Assembly: GCA_024679065.1 (NCBI GenBank)
Contig: JAGIQG010000017.1
Location: 32,116,001-32,180,000, forward strand
Source of the DNA: Sphyrna mokarran
Taxonomy: Eukaryota
Direction: 5' to 3'
DNA: 64,000 nucleotides
Part shown: in pieces, positions 40,701-54,338 of the stretch
Layout: each line of letters starts with the position of its first letter
How positions within the stretch are numbered: position 1 is the first letter of the stretch
Notes under the pieces: model-generated
What the model saw: the letters and a program-made list of their open reading frames with translations, nothing else
The model's database searches: none
What the model was told of the DNA's origin: nothing
Translations under genes and position numbers: made by a program

Positions 40701-41639
40701 GTTGTGATTTGGTAATGTTTCTGAAATGGGATTCAGGGGGAGTAAGATCGCAACTGGCCTGCTTTAAAGTCTTCTGCATTGCATAGGGAGATTATGCATG
40801 ACAACTAGGAGTAGTGGGTTTGTGCTGGAGGGAAGGAGAGGAAATCACGGGCTCCCCTTACCCAGGATGGGGGGTGCCTTGGCTGTCCAGTTTGACGCTG
40901 TGTTTATTCCTAGATAGGCATTTAACTGATAGAGGTTCTTTCTTATTTATGCCCTGTAACAGCTGTGAGGTCTTATGTTCAATGCCAACTTCATGCAACT
41001 TGGTTATCTGGACCCGTGCATACTTGAATCAGCAATCTAGTCTAAATCTGGCCTAATCCTGGTTTTATTTAACAATCCCCAACTGGTGGCAGCCCTATTT
41101 CAACACCTCTCAGTCGCAGTATATGTTAATCGACCAAGACCTCTTCCCCCTTGTAAGTCCAAATGAATGTAAGCTGATGGCACATCTTCTGAAACTCCCT
41201 TCATTGACACTTCCACAATAAATGAGCAAGGGGAATTGCCGAGGCTAGTGGACATGAAAATCAGATGCCCCAGTTGCAGCTGTAAGATGTACTGGCAGAC
41301 AGCCAATATTACATCAAGAACCTCATTGTTGAAGCATACAGTGAACATTCTCTTAAGTCTTATGCTCTCTATCCCTGCCCTGCAGCTGCTCCCTTTTGTC
41401 TCATCCTTATCCTACTGCATAACATTTGTAATCTTGGAACTGTTCTGAAGGTCACTTAGAGTTGATTTGGGTGAGTCGTGTCCCATGTACAAAGCATCAA
41501 GCAGGAACAGTCAACATAATTTGACCCAGCCAAATCAGCGCAGCCAAGTTGCAAGCTGAAGATATGGGCACTGAAAACCCTAGTAACAGCTTTTCTTTGA
41601 ATTTATTACCAAACCTTACAATTATGCCCTATTTCTTCA

Positions 41640-41721
41640 ACGTTGATGGTTGAGTGATTAAAATGTTGGACTTGAAATCCAATGAATTCTCCCCATGCAG
41701 GTTCAAACCCTGCTCACTGGA
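41640..41721 (+). pseudogene. tRNA-Ser(UGA) pseudogene
   Basis: gatggttgagtgattaaaatgttggacTTGAAatccaatgaattctccccatgcaggttcaaaccctgctcactg aligns with vertebrate tRNA-Ser-TGA. Anticodon stem ttgga/tccaa and T-arm gcagg/cctgc are intact. The acceptor and D arms are decayed by CpG-type changes. Confidence 0.8.
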
Positions 41722-41732
41722 AATCAATATTT

Positions 41733-41925
41733 GGGGGTCAGTTTAGCTCAGCTTACTGGACAGCTGGTTAGTGATGCAACGTGACATCAACTGTGTGGGT
41801 TCAGTTCTCTTACTGGCTGAGGCTATTCATGAAGGCCTGCCTTCTCAACTTTGCCTCTCACCTGAGGTGTGATGATCCTCAGGTTAGATCACATCCAGTC
41901 ACAGCCTATGGTCATCTGGAACTTT
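41733..41925 (+). mobile_element. tRNA-derived SINE
   Basis: A-box-like tagctcag..tgg and B-box-like gggttcagttc, followed by the body cctgaggtgtgatgatcctcagg. Confidence 0.6.
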
Positions 41926-42623
41926 TACCTTTATTTCTTCAAGAGGCCGAACAACTGCAGATTGATGTTAAGATTGCTTACTATGGATGAATTTACCTAC
42001 ATTGTTTTAAAAAGAAGTTCACTTTCCATACTTAGACTACCCGCCCAGTTTAGCCTTAGTGTGAGTTTTGATTTGTATCATTGTTTCTGCGACATTTTAG
42101 CATTCTTGTTGCTTCCTTGAACCTTGTTACCATTACTGCCAAAGAATACAATACCTACCTAAAATAGAGGTATAATGCACCTGTGTATTTGCCATGGTTA
42201 TTAATTTTTCTCCTCTAGCTTGACTTTGCAGATTTGCCCCATTGAAGTAACTCTTTCCTTTCAAAGTTAATGTGATGATTACTTGAGTGCAACAAATTCT
42301 GTTTTTTCTAGTGATGCCCACATCCCTTGAAAGAATTTTAAAACCTACAAATGTAGTTTTGATTCAAAGAACTTGTGTGGCAGTTACCATTGCTAGTATT
42401 CCAAAGGATGATGTCTTGGGCTTTCTTGCATTAATTGAGAAGGCATTATTTATGGAGACTTAAATACATTCAAACAAAAAATAATTAATTGAAAGAAGGT
42501 CTTTGTTACCATTAAGTAATATTTAAAAATATACTTTTTTGAGACAGAACAAGAAACTTGAATTTCTAAGGAGATGGTAGGTTATCAAAAGTGATCTTGT
42601 TTTTATTTTGTTCAGTACCTTAC

Positions 42624-42695
42624 CTATAAATAATGCACGCACTGTTTCGGCAGGTGTCACAATTTGCAGTATCCTGTCCTGTTCGATAGGAGAGC
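42624..42695 (-). CDS. INSYN2A: INSYN2A 72-nt middle coding exon (not in the ORF track)
   Basis: Minus strand reads ttatag|G CTC TCC TAT CGA ACA GGA CAG GAT ACT GCA AAT TGT GAC ACC TGC CGA AAC AGT GCG TGC ATT ATT TAT AG|gtaagg = (G)LSYRTGQDTANCDTCRNSACIIY(S). Phase 2-2 is compatible with both neighbouring exons. Confidence 0.95.
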
Positions 42696-43257
42696 CTATA
42701 ACGATAAGAATGCACATTATATTGCAAAAGTAAAATTAATTAGTTTTGAGGGAATAGTTGAAAAGTAATTGGGAAATTTTTACATATTTGGTTTTTGTTT
42801 TTCAGTTAGCATTGACTTATTAAATTACCAGCATTTAATTGAGTGTTACTTTTAAAAGTTTCATTTTAACTTAAGTATTTAAATTGATTGATCAAAAATA
42901 TCTCTTTCCATTTTCAGCTTAGAAAAATAACCTTGACATTTGTTTTTCAATAATAACATTTAATTTGTCTTTTATGCCATTAACATGGAAAACATGTTGA
43001 TGTTAAAACAATTTCAGGCAGAATTTCCTTTGACACTCAGTGTATTGCACGTCAATATAATCATTGTAACATTTTTAAACATTAATATTGATGTCTATTC
43101 CACCAATGTATGACATAGCTCTCCAGTGCTCTGCAGCCTTTCACCAAAATGAATCTTTGTAGGTGCATGGTTGTTGCACTTTCCCATCAAGGTTGTAGAA
43201 AAGGTATCATAAATAAAATGCAGAAAGGATATACTTATTTAAGAATAACAGAGAAAG

Positions 43258-43465
43258 TGTGCAACATTGCACAACGGTTAGCACTGCTGCCTCTGAATGC
43301 TAAGGACCCAAGTTTAATACCGGCCTTGGGTGACTGTGGAATTTGCACGTTCTCTCCATGTCTGCGTGGTTTCCTCTGGTTTCTTCCTATCGTCCAAAGA
43401 TGTGTATGTTCGGTTGATTGGCCACTCTAAATTGCCCCTTAATGTCCAAAGATGTGTAGGATAGG
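43258..43465 (+). mobile_element. HE1-like V-SINE (partial)
   Basis: ggttagcactgctgcctc...ccttgggtgactgtggaatttgcacgttctc...ctaaattgcccctt. Confidence 0.8.
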
Positions 43466-46400
43466 TGGAATTATCCATCATAAATGCACAGCGATACAGG
43501 GATTTCAGTTGATTTTTTTGACTCATCATTTGCCTAGTATCTGACATATAATTAGAATAAAGATTTTTGATCACACTGATGATATATCTGATGCACTTGC
43601 TTAGGCTGCTTGAATGGCAGATATGTTAAGTCTATAATTAACAATTAGAACCACTATATTTTATTAGCAAAACGGAGAAGCAGTTATGATTTCCTTTGAT
43701 TGTTGGCCATTTTGTTGTATGTGGTTTGAAAGAGAAGCTCTTTCATTTTTATTTCAGATTGTATTTTGGAATTGCTCCAAAACCCAATACTTTCCTCAAA
43801 TGACATGCCTTCAGAATTTTCAAAATCTATCTCCAGTAAGCAATTGCTGTAGTTTTAGCCATTCCACTAATCTTATCAGTTGAAGCTTGATCACAAAAAG
43901 CAATCATTCTCAGTTCAGAGCTTTGTTGCCTGATCAGATACTTTTTCCAAGTTATTGTTCTCTTGTCTCATCAAAAAATATTTTTGGAAGGTAAGTAGTT
44001 ACGAGATCATCATATTGTGTCTGAAATAAAGTACAGCCATTGGGAATATCATCTGAATTGATGCCAGTTGTACGAGATTTTGGGTAACCATTTTACTGCT
44101 TTTAAATAAGGCAAGAATACTAAGACTGAAAAGGATGAGGAGAAAAGCTATCCTCACTTCCAACAAGTCCAAGGACCTCAGATTTTTTTCAATTTCAAGA
44201 CAGCTATTATTCATTTAGCTTCCACCCTACTATAAATTCAGATCTTTTGCAGCTATCTTCTCAATTTAGTAGGTTCAACAGATTGTGATCTGAACATCTT
44301 GCTTCTGTAGGAATTGACAATTTTCAGTATTAAACGTATAATAGCTCTGATGTAGCATTTTCTTTTATTTTTGTTCTCTTTTCTGTCATTCTTTGTATAT
44401 TGTGTTTATTAATTCAACTTTTAATTATAACAATTACATTCTTATTCACTCTTTAACCATGAGTATTTGATTGATATGGTCTGGGTATTTTGTTGCATCT
44501 CCCACCCCTGTGTCAGCAGGACTGTTGAAGAAGACTTGTGACCACCAGAATAAGAGAGATAAAGGAGGGATAAAGGGATCTGATTTGGTTCATTTGATTG
44601 ATCCTAGTGCTCTTCATGGAGGGATAGTCATTCAAAAATGAATTTTTATATATCATTTAATCTGTATGCTACCTAAAGCTTTGAGTCATAGAGGACTATT
44701 ACTTCCACCCATCGGCGCAAGGTCCTGGTGTGCTGGAATAAAGGAGTTCAAAGTGCACTGACCTGCTCTGGTAAACTTTGTTTAAACCACTGCTGAATAG
44801 AGCTGCTTGAAGCCTGCAGAGAAAGAGTTTCTGCAAGCCACAGTATGATGCAACTCCATCGAGCACAAGGAGGCCAAGTCTCTTTTTCTATGACACTGGC
44901 TGCCGGAAAGCAGATTGGTTTAAAGAGCCCAGTGAAATTGAGCAGCCAGGGAGAAGGTGCGTGATCAGGTAAGTAATTTTATTTCACAGGATGTTCCTGG
45001 CTGAGGCAGCATTTACTGACCATCTAGAACTTCCCTCAATTTCAAAGGGCATTTGTGAGTCAATCACATTGTTGTGGATCTGAAGTTACTCATAGACTAA
45101 ACCAGGTAAGGATAGCAGAACTAAATGGGTTTTTAGAAAATTGACAATGGTTTCATGGTCACCATTAAACTTATTATTCCAGGTTTTTATTGAATTCAAA
45201 TTTCACCATTTGTTGTGGTGAGATTTGAACCCAGATGCCCAGGTCTTGCTCTGGATCTCTGGATGACTTTGGATTACTAGTCCAGTAATGATACACTGCC
45301 TTCTCTGAATGGAATTTGACTGATCTGGGAAGGAGAGAGGGCATTGGGGGCAGGGCAGATCAGAGGGAGAGTTGAATATTACAAGATGCGGCTGGGGTTA
45401 GAGGAATCCCTCAGGGTGGGAGGCAGATGCATTGGGAATACTCTGGGGATTGGAGGATTCAGATTGTACGGGCATATTCCATGTAGGTCTTGATCTGGGT
45501 GTTTAAGATAGTTACGCTGAAATTAGAATTGTTTTTATTTTTTCTAATTCTTTCAGAGTAACTTTGGTTTAAAACTGGTATAAAAATTCCCAGTGCAGTG
45601 CAATTGCCCAGGTGATGTTAAAGCCTCTGACCAAATGCTGCATAAAGCCTTACCTGTGAACTTCCAAGAGGGATTCCTCAGTGCATCTTTGGGGTACCCC
45701 CCCAAATCCGACACTGGGGAGCCAGGAAGTTACTGGCCAAAGTCATTGCAGCACAGAAGGAGGGCATTCAGCCCATTGGGTCCATGTTGGCTCTCGGTAA
45801 GGCAGTCCAGTCAGTCCCATTGCCCAGCTCTATCCAGGTATGAATGGTTAGGAAAAACCTAATTAAAAAAAAACTAGAAGGAAGCAGTCTTCTTTGACAA
45901 AGCAAGATTTTGGCTATAACTCAATTTTATTTTGAGCTATTATGTGCTTTCAAGTGAAAAACAAGCAGTGTGCTTTTTTTTCTGGTAAAGGATCCTAAAT
46001 TAAAGGATAAAGAAAAATTCAATTGTTTTTCCAAGTAAAAAGCAGGGGTGCAAAAGTAATTCTACATGTCAGGATTCTTAAGTTAGCTTCTATTCTCCAT
46101 AGCACAGGAATTTTTATTGTTGGAAATTGAAAACAATTTCCCCAAAGAAATAGTAATATCAGAAGCAATATTGCATTTGCAATTTGTATTGTCCCTCAAG
46201 CAGCAATGAAACTTAAAGATTTTAGAAATGTTGAAAATTGCTAACAGCAAAAGATAGCTATAATGTGTATTTTGAAAGAAACATTTGTATTCCCTATAAT
46301 GTTATTGTAGCAAAAATAGTTCTCAATATAATGACATCCTGAATCCTTGTAGTTGTGCCAATATTGGTTTCTAGTTCAAAGAGACCAAGAGTGTTGTTTG

Positions 46401-47334
46401 TCTAGAAGCAGTTAGTACATTAGTGCAAAAGCCAAAAGGTTTACTATAAAGTGTTCTATATTGTAAATTAAAGTCTGTGAGATTCTTTATATAAATTATA
46501 AAGCTGCAAATTATATGTTTCTGCAAGAAAGCAGCACTCTTTCAGTATTGTTCTGAATGTAAACAATATTTTTTTGGCCTGGGTTTTCACTCTTGGGTGG
46601 GGAGCACAGGTTGGAGCATTTCTCAGCTTCTCAAGTTTGATCTGGAAAAAAGTTGTTCCAGGGTGGCAGGATTCTCTGGGAGTCACACAATTTTGCAAAG
46701 GTGAAAAGGCTGGCTGGTTGGAAGGCCTCCCTATGCTCTGGCACTGTGTTGACGGTTTAAATAAAACATAAAATAGCCCTCCAGTTCACACTGCTGCAAA
46801 GCCTCCCAACGCACTTCCAAAGCCCATTCATGCCATCCCCATGCCCCACCCACCCTGATGGACGCTCATACACTCCATACCAACACAAATTCCCTCTCTG
46901 TCTACTCTATGGCCTTTTAGAGCCCTGTGCCAAATTAGTACTAACTTTGTGACCAGATGCCCTGACAATCAACTTTATTCTTTCATACTCACTCATGCCA
47001 GCTCACCCAGCATCTGTCATGGACATACTCAAAAACCATGTTGAGATTAAATAAATAAAGTTATATTCATTGATGAATTCACTATTTAGTAATAATAGTA
47101 ATAATTCATGCATACCCATTCAGCATATTTATATTCCAAAATCTTATAAAAGCAAGTATTTCATTCAAGTGTTTAATCCCCAAGTAGAAACAAACGTTCG
47201 AATTTATGGTCCCACTTCAAAGGTTTATAGTCACTTGGAGCTATCAATAAAGCTGTGAAATGGAAGGCAACCTTCTATGAAAATGGAAGGTTGTGTTGTA
47301 AGTCTGCAGCATTAATCTGGTAATGTAAGCCTTC

Positions 47335-47587
47335 AGGCATATATGTCTGAGGACACGTATTAACCAACTCAAGAACAGCTTCTTCCCTGCTGCCATCAGA
47401 CTTTTGAATGGACCTACCTCACATTAGTTGATCTTTCTTTGCACCCTTTGCTATGACTTTAACAGTACCTTCTGCACTCTCTCCTTCCCTTCTCTGTGAA
47501 TGGTATGCTTTGTCTGTACAGTATGCAAGAAACAATACTTTTCACTGTATACCAATACATGTGACAATAATAAATTAAATCAAATCA
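47335..47587 (+). mobile_element. Rex1/Babar LINE 3' end
   Basis: ctgaggacacgtattaaccaactcaagaacagcttcttccctgctgccatcagacttttgaat = LRTRINQLKNSFFPAAIRLLN. Tail aaatcaaatca. Confidence 0.75.
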
Positions 47588-50500
47588 GACAAAGCGAAAT
47601 AGCAAGTTTTTTTAAAAAGTACTGCAGTTTTTTCAAAGATTTATGGTACAGGAATTTTAAATGCTTACCAGTTTGTTTGTTGCCTTTGACAGTTCATTTT
47701 GACATTGAGTTTGACAGTAAAGAAATTTATTTTTTTACACACATTCATTCCTACTTCAATTTCTAGGGATATCTGACCTCCTCCAAAGTTTGCCCATGAC
47801 CATCTCCAAAAGGGTGCCCCACTTCTGTTTAAAAAAAAAAACACCTACCCAAATAACTCTCCAAAGTTCAGTCCTACTCCAACTAGGTCAAACTTGTGCT
47901 TGTCATGTTTCACACACTTGGCTCCCCAAAAATCACGAATGAATGGAAGCAGTTGCTGATTTAAATGGGCAGTTGCCTCTGTGAAATTGTAAGCGCACAC
48001 CCTGACCCAGGCCCATTTCCGCCTCCATGAAAATGGTAGGTGCTGGGTTCAGGGTTGGAACTTCTGGATTTTAAGCTCACCCGTCATTTTTGCCACGATG
48101 CCATCGCGAAAATCTAGGGCTTTAACTTGCTTTTGCTGCTGCCTGAAATTGCAATGTGATTCACAATTTTTATGTTCTAATTGTATGCAATGCTACTGAG
48201 CAGTTGCATGCCTAATTAGATAATCCACTTATTTTCAGACTTTGGCATATATATTTGTGGATCGAATTTAACATTTTCCTCTTTATCTTCACCGCTCCAA
48301 AAGAACAAATAGGGAGGCAATCAGACCTTCTCATCCTACCGGTCAGTGGATGTGGCAAATGGTAAGGCCGCACAAGAGATGAAAAATTGGGTTCATGCCC
48401 AGTTTCTCACCTCTGGTGATCATACTGGGCTGAAATTTCTGGCAATATCAGCCTTAGCCCTAGCTGGGTGTGAGGCTGACTTCAGTATTTATACCAATGT
48501 TAATGCTGATTCAGATGTTATCAATAATACCGGAATGCTATCATACAGCTCACTTGCCTTAGCGGCGTCACCAGTGAATGTTCTCACTGGTGAAGGTCCT
48601 CACTAGCGAGAATCATGTATGGTCCCCATCAACTGGGACTTGATATGATAGCCTTGTAGGTAGGACTAGAGGCCATGGAGGCCCTCAGGGAGGTTGGGGG
48701 CAGGAATGGGCAGTGCCCCATGGGCAGTGTCAGCTGCCATGTCACTGACACTGCCCACTGGGCACCCTGGTTCTGCCAGCCTGGCACTGGGCACTATGGA
48801 GTGTCAAGCAGGCAGGACCTGTCGGGTGGACCCACAGGAAAAAGATGAGAATGTGATCAGGGAACACATAAGGGGAGGGGGGCGAGATGAGCTGCTCACT
48901 CTACAACTGTCTGTGGGGCTGATTGACTGGGCCAAGTGGAGCCAGCTGTGCTGATGGGGTGGATCAACTGGGCTGGGAGGGAGAGGGGATATCTAAAGGA
49001 GTGAAGACGCTAGCGATTGAAGAGGGGGGTGGGGGTCAGCCCTTAGCCTTGCCCCCTCTCCTACTGGTGGAAATAGATTGTGCATCATTTTTTTGCGCAA
49101 AGTGATATAAAATTTCATTTGTGGCCTCACTGAAAATACGAATCTGAAACTTCCATTTTCACACTTTTTTGGCACTTTTAAAGGCCACATTCCATTTATT
49201 ATGCAAAGCAGGATCACATGCAGCAGGTTTTTTTTAAATCTTTAAAGTAATGATAGTGTCCACAATCAGTCTTAATATTGTTAGGCTATCTTAAACATTA
49301 TTTTGTTCACATTCAATCTTATTCATATAGCCATACTATAATAGTGAGGGTTCAAATCTCACAATGGATGTTTTAAGTTTTTAATTGAGTTTAAATGCTA
49401 GTATCGGTAAAAAGTATCCACTTGTCAGATTGGCAGTAAAACTCAACTGATGCATGAATATCTCTTATGGAAAAACACTTGACTCCTTTACCAAATCAAG
49501 TATGGATGTGGCTCCTGGCCCACACTGTATGTTGACTCTTATTTCTTGTTTTATTGTAAGCCACTCTGATGTATCTTCACTGTATTGACTAAAATGATTC
49601 AAGAAGAGGCCCACCATCACCTTCTCAGGGCAACCAAACATGGACAATAAACAGTAGCCATAACACCTATATTTCTGAATGAATAAGAAAAGGTTTGCTG
49701 CAATTTATGAACTATTGAAGATCATTCAACCTCAAGAAAGGCTGAATTTGAGCCGTGTGGGACGTTAAAGTCTTAAATCTATTTCAAGCTTCCCGACTTC
49801 CACTTTTAATGGAGGCAGGATGAGGGCAGACAACCAATCTGCTCCCAGGAGGTGGCACACTCCTTTTAATATTATAATGAGGCTGTGTGGCAATGCATCC
49901 ATGTAGCTCAGTGTTAATGTTGCTCCTTTTCCCCATCTCCTCCATTTGCAATTGCCCACCATTCTTTTTTCTTTCCAATCTATCCCTTTTTCCCTCCTTT
50001 ACATTCCCCAGTTACAATCTTTGAACTCTCTCCTATTCTTCTGTGCATCCTAACCACAAAATAGCATTTACCCTACTCCCTCCCTGCCTTCAAACTAATA
50101 CTAGGGCAATTATTTCCAATCATGCAATTGAAAACAAAGACCACATATTAAGGCTGATAATAATTTAATAAATAAAACTCTTAAAGGGAGCAAATAGGCA
50201 TTATGGTATTGAGGACTTCCATGAATGTAAATACATTAATTGATTAGAAAAGCCATTTGTACAGCAGCTAAGCACATAAAGCCATCATTGTTCTTTTTTA
50301 GTTGGATGATATTCACATCAACATAGGTCTAATTCTTTACAATAAATTAAATATATTTTAATAAAATCTGCTTTTTGCATAATGCAAAAACATTATTTTC
50401 ATTTAGTTACTTGAATTGTTTGATAGCTTAATTTCAACTATTTCCTAAATCAATTATTGGTAACTTAAAAGCTGAAGGCTGAAAAACGTTGATTGTTTGG

Positions 50501-51961
50501 AAACATTTGTCAAGGTTACTGTTCACACCAAGGTGACTATTGCTGTTTGTTGAATAATCGATCATGATGACTTGGATAGAATACATAAAAGACTAGAAAT
50601 TACTCTATTAAAGGGTTAAAATACAGGAAGAAAGAATGTTATATGATAACACTAATTGCTTGCCCACTAATAACGGCAACAGTAATTTCTTACCTACTGC
50701 CTCATATAATCAAATATTAATAAGATATAAATTGGATTAGTTTCAAAAATGTAAGTGCTTCCAAATGTATATCAAATTTACCTTATGTTTTAATTTTTCC
50801 TTTATAATTCACTTCTATCAAATATCGCTCTTCCTTGACTAGCCTATTAAAATCCTATATGACTCTTAAAATATATTCTGATGTATTTTTTTCAAAATTG
50901 CTGGTTTGGATATTGTTAAAATGGTCTCAGTTGTGTTTCTAGCTTACTTAAGTTTTAATAGACTTGTTTTATTAATTTTCCCATTTTGGTCCTCACCTTC
51001 TAATTTGTGGAATTTTAATTTTTTTTTGTTCGGATTGCAAATCTGACTACTTTTTAAAATCAAAAATAACACAATTACTTATAATCTGAGAACTTCAGAT
51101 TTAATTCACAAATCAATTTTGTAAGGATTTTTTAAAGGCATTTAAACATTATTTACAGATTGAATTAAATTAAAAAGGAGTTTGTTATCAACTCCTCCCA
51201 GTGGAACTTCATTCAGCCATGTGTATATAACTTATGTGCTTTATGTTGATGCTGCTTGATCAAATAGAGATGAAGTGTCACCTACATCAAACAAGGATTG
51301 TAATTGTTTTTACAAACGTACCCTAGCAAATTTTGCTTAATTTAGGAAGTGTGGTGGAATGTAACTGACATACTCAGTGTACTTTCCTCATATCACTATC
51401 TCAGTCTTTAGTTGTGAAATATAATAATCCTTCAGGAAATCATTTTATATCACTTACAGTTCTCACTGGCTGTAGTATAACTCTGACCAGAGGCATCACT
51501 AAGTGAAAATACTCCAGCTGGTCCAGAACTTTCTGGGGGACATTGAAATGCAGTGTCACATGAGCAGAACTTTGTGCATTTATTTGACAGGGATAAGAAG
51601 AGGTTATTTCATCAATAACCTCATTGTAACCTGCAGTAAAGTGCAACTGGCAGTAGAACTATTGGTTGTGTATTGCGCTTTGCCTCTTGATCTAAAATGT
51701 ATAAGTGCAGTTTAACTTATTATCGGAAGGATTTAGAAATTTGTAGAATCCACATTGAATTTTACTGATCAATATATTACAATTGAATCATCTGTTTTAT
51801 GCAATATGCATTTCATTAATAATCTTGACATTTATTCTTATCTCCCATTTTCTAGATAGTAATGTAACAGTACTATTCCTGACTTCTGTTATTTGGACAT
51901 TCATTTTTAAACTAGTATATATATGTATACCTTTTCATAAAACAATTTTTTGTGATCTTAC

Positions 51962-53127
51962 CCTTCTCTGAGGGCTTCACCTTTTTCTAATTCTTGAATA
52001 ACCCCAAGTAACACCTTAATGGTTTCCTGACTGGAACTGATCAGGTTTTCCATTATTTGCAGCTGTGCTTTCAGATCCACCGCTTCTGTAAGAGGCATGA
52101 TTTGCTGATTTGTCTCCATTACAGATACTGCTGTCTGATTAGACTGACTTTGACTTTCATCTCTGGGTGTAATGTTTGATACAGTGGATTCAGAGGGCTC
52201 TCCTTCACTTTGTGGGAACTGTAATGAACAGGCTTGACTATTCACTGGCAGAGAATGCAGACTGGTTGGATGCAAAGTTCTTTCATGTACTTCCCGTGCT
52301 GTCACGTTTTGTGGGGAGTCCTGTGTAAAAGAATGAGAAGAATCAAGCTGTTTAAGTTCACAGTTGGCTTCTGTTAAGTGGAAGGAGGAGCACTCCGTTA
52401 GCTGCAGTTCACATAGCGCTGATTGATTAAAGTTCTGATTTTCTGATGCCCCCTTATCATATTTTGCCATATTGCACAACTGGTAATTTTGCTCAGTTGG
52501 GTCAGAATCTGTCAACGTTAATACATGAGAAGGCTCTTCTGGATCTTTGCTGCTTGAGTCACCAAAACTGTCACTATCAGCTTGTTTATTCAGTTTGATG
52601 AAAGTATTATTTGAGCTGATATCTGGGTTCTTTTGATTTCTCCCCTCTGCACTGCAAATAGTGAGTGCTCCTGAGTCTTTATTGAGCTTACTATTAACTG
52701 CCCAATCATTATTTTGTCGCCTGAATGTGTCAACTGTTGGAGCAATTTTAATGACATTCACTTTCTTCCTTTCCAAAGGGAATGTCTGATATCGCTTTTT
52801 GAGATCAGGTGATGTCTGCACACCTGTGCTTCTGGTTACATTTGGGATTGACCTCCGTGCAGGCACTGTCATGTATTTGCAATATGCTGCCTTATAAGAA
52901 ATAGCTTTCATTGTTTTTTTGTCCAGTTGCTGTGCTGCAGAAAGTCTCTTCTCTTGTTCGTTCTGAGCTTCCCGAATATCTTTAAATCTCACCTGTAGGG
53001 CTTTATTTCTTTTTCTAATCTGCCTATTTGGATCCAGTACATACTTCATTTCCAGAGTTTGGCAAGCTGCTTGCTCAGCTTCATTCTCTGTACTGAGTTG
53101 GCATTTGCTTGGTTCCTTACTCACCAT
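51962..53127 (-). CDS. INSYN2A: Inhibitory synaptic factor 2A (FAM196A), first and largest coding exon
   Basis: The ORF MVSKEPSKC...MKYVLDPNRQIRKRNKALQVRFKDI...YMTVPARRSIPNVTRSTGVQTSPDLKK...DLKAQLQIMENLISSSQETIKVLLGVIQELEKGEALREG matches the INSYN2A sequence I recall. Donor GG|GTAAGA at 51962/51961 (phase 2). Acceptor TTATAG| lies 7 nt upstream of the ATG (exon start about 53134). Confidence 0.96.
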
Positions 53128-54338
53128 CTTTTACCTATAATTGACAACAATGGAGATAATTTTTAAAACACAGTTTGTAATGTGCCACAAACTTAAAGGA
53201 TAAACAGCTTTGTTGCAAAATTATTATTGAACTGATACAATGAATTTGTCTCCACAACAAGATGTTATAATTTAAAAATATTAGTGGTAAACACCAATTT
53301 CAGATCACACCTATTTAAAAATGCTAAGTTTATACATACATAAACAAAAACTTGCTTTCTAACCCAAATTCCTCCAGCACTAATAAACATGTTTGCAAGT
53401 TACTCAAAATTAATCTTAGGCTATGTAATTCATTTCTGAATTCATCCATCCCTCTCAACTCCATCCCACTGGCCTACTGACAGATTTCACTAGATAATAT
53501 TCTGCTCCTGAATGCATTACAGCTTAAACATCATGGCAAAACTGGAAAAACATAATTTTGTAAATCTGATGCTTTTGCTAGTCTGTGCTAGGCCACTATT
53601 GTTTTGGAGCAAGACTGGCTTGTCTCAAGATGAGAGATCAACTGAAAACTATCTAAAGTTTCTATCAATACACATGACAATATTAAGTCAAATCAAACAA
53701 ACATCTAATTCTTGAAAAGATATTTCAGAATATATCATCGCAGTTGTTCTTGTTGGTATTTCATTGCAATTAAACTTTTTATAACAGTATGTATTTACTA
53801 TTTAGAATGGCTATGGTGCTGGAAATTAAGCAATAGACCTTTCCAAGAAATATATAATCTTTGATTTGAGTGAATGCACAAGCTAAGTAGAAGCAGGTGC
53901 TGATGAATTCATTCAGAGAATCAGCAGGCAAAAGCCCCTTTAGCAGCTTCAAAAGTCAAGTATTGTCAATTTGACAGCAAAGATGTAAATGCGTGACTTA
54001 AAAAAACACTTTATATTTTTATCTTTATTGAACTATGTTTGAATAAATCTGAACTTTCGCTACTGAGAATATTCATTTAACAAGACTGGTTTGCAGTAAG
54101 AATGCGGTCTCCTTACAACAGAAAGGTATGGGATGCATACCAGAAAGGATATTTGGTCTAAAAGGAAAGATTAGAAATCTTATTTTTCTAAGTAAACTTG
54201 ATGGGGATAACAGATGAAGTTTCACAAGCAGCTTAAATGTGATGAATTATTTTGTTTCAACAGCCGTTGACTTTATTTTACATTAGAGTTTAATTATTTT
54301 GTTTTAGTCTTTAAATAGGGATCATTTTAACTCTGTGA

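Noticed and set aside
41640-41721. Functional tRNA-Ser gene
   Set aside because: The acceptor stem and D-loop GG are disrupted and there is no clear terminator, so I called it a pseudogene.
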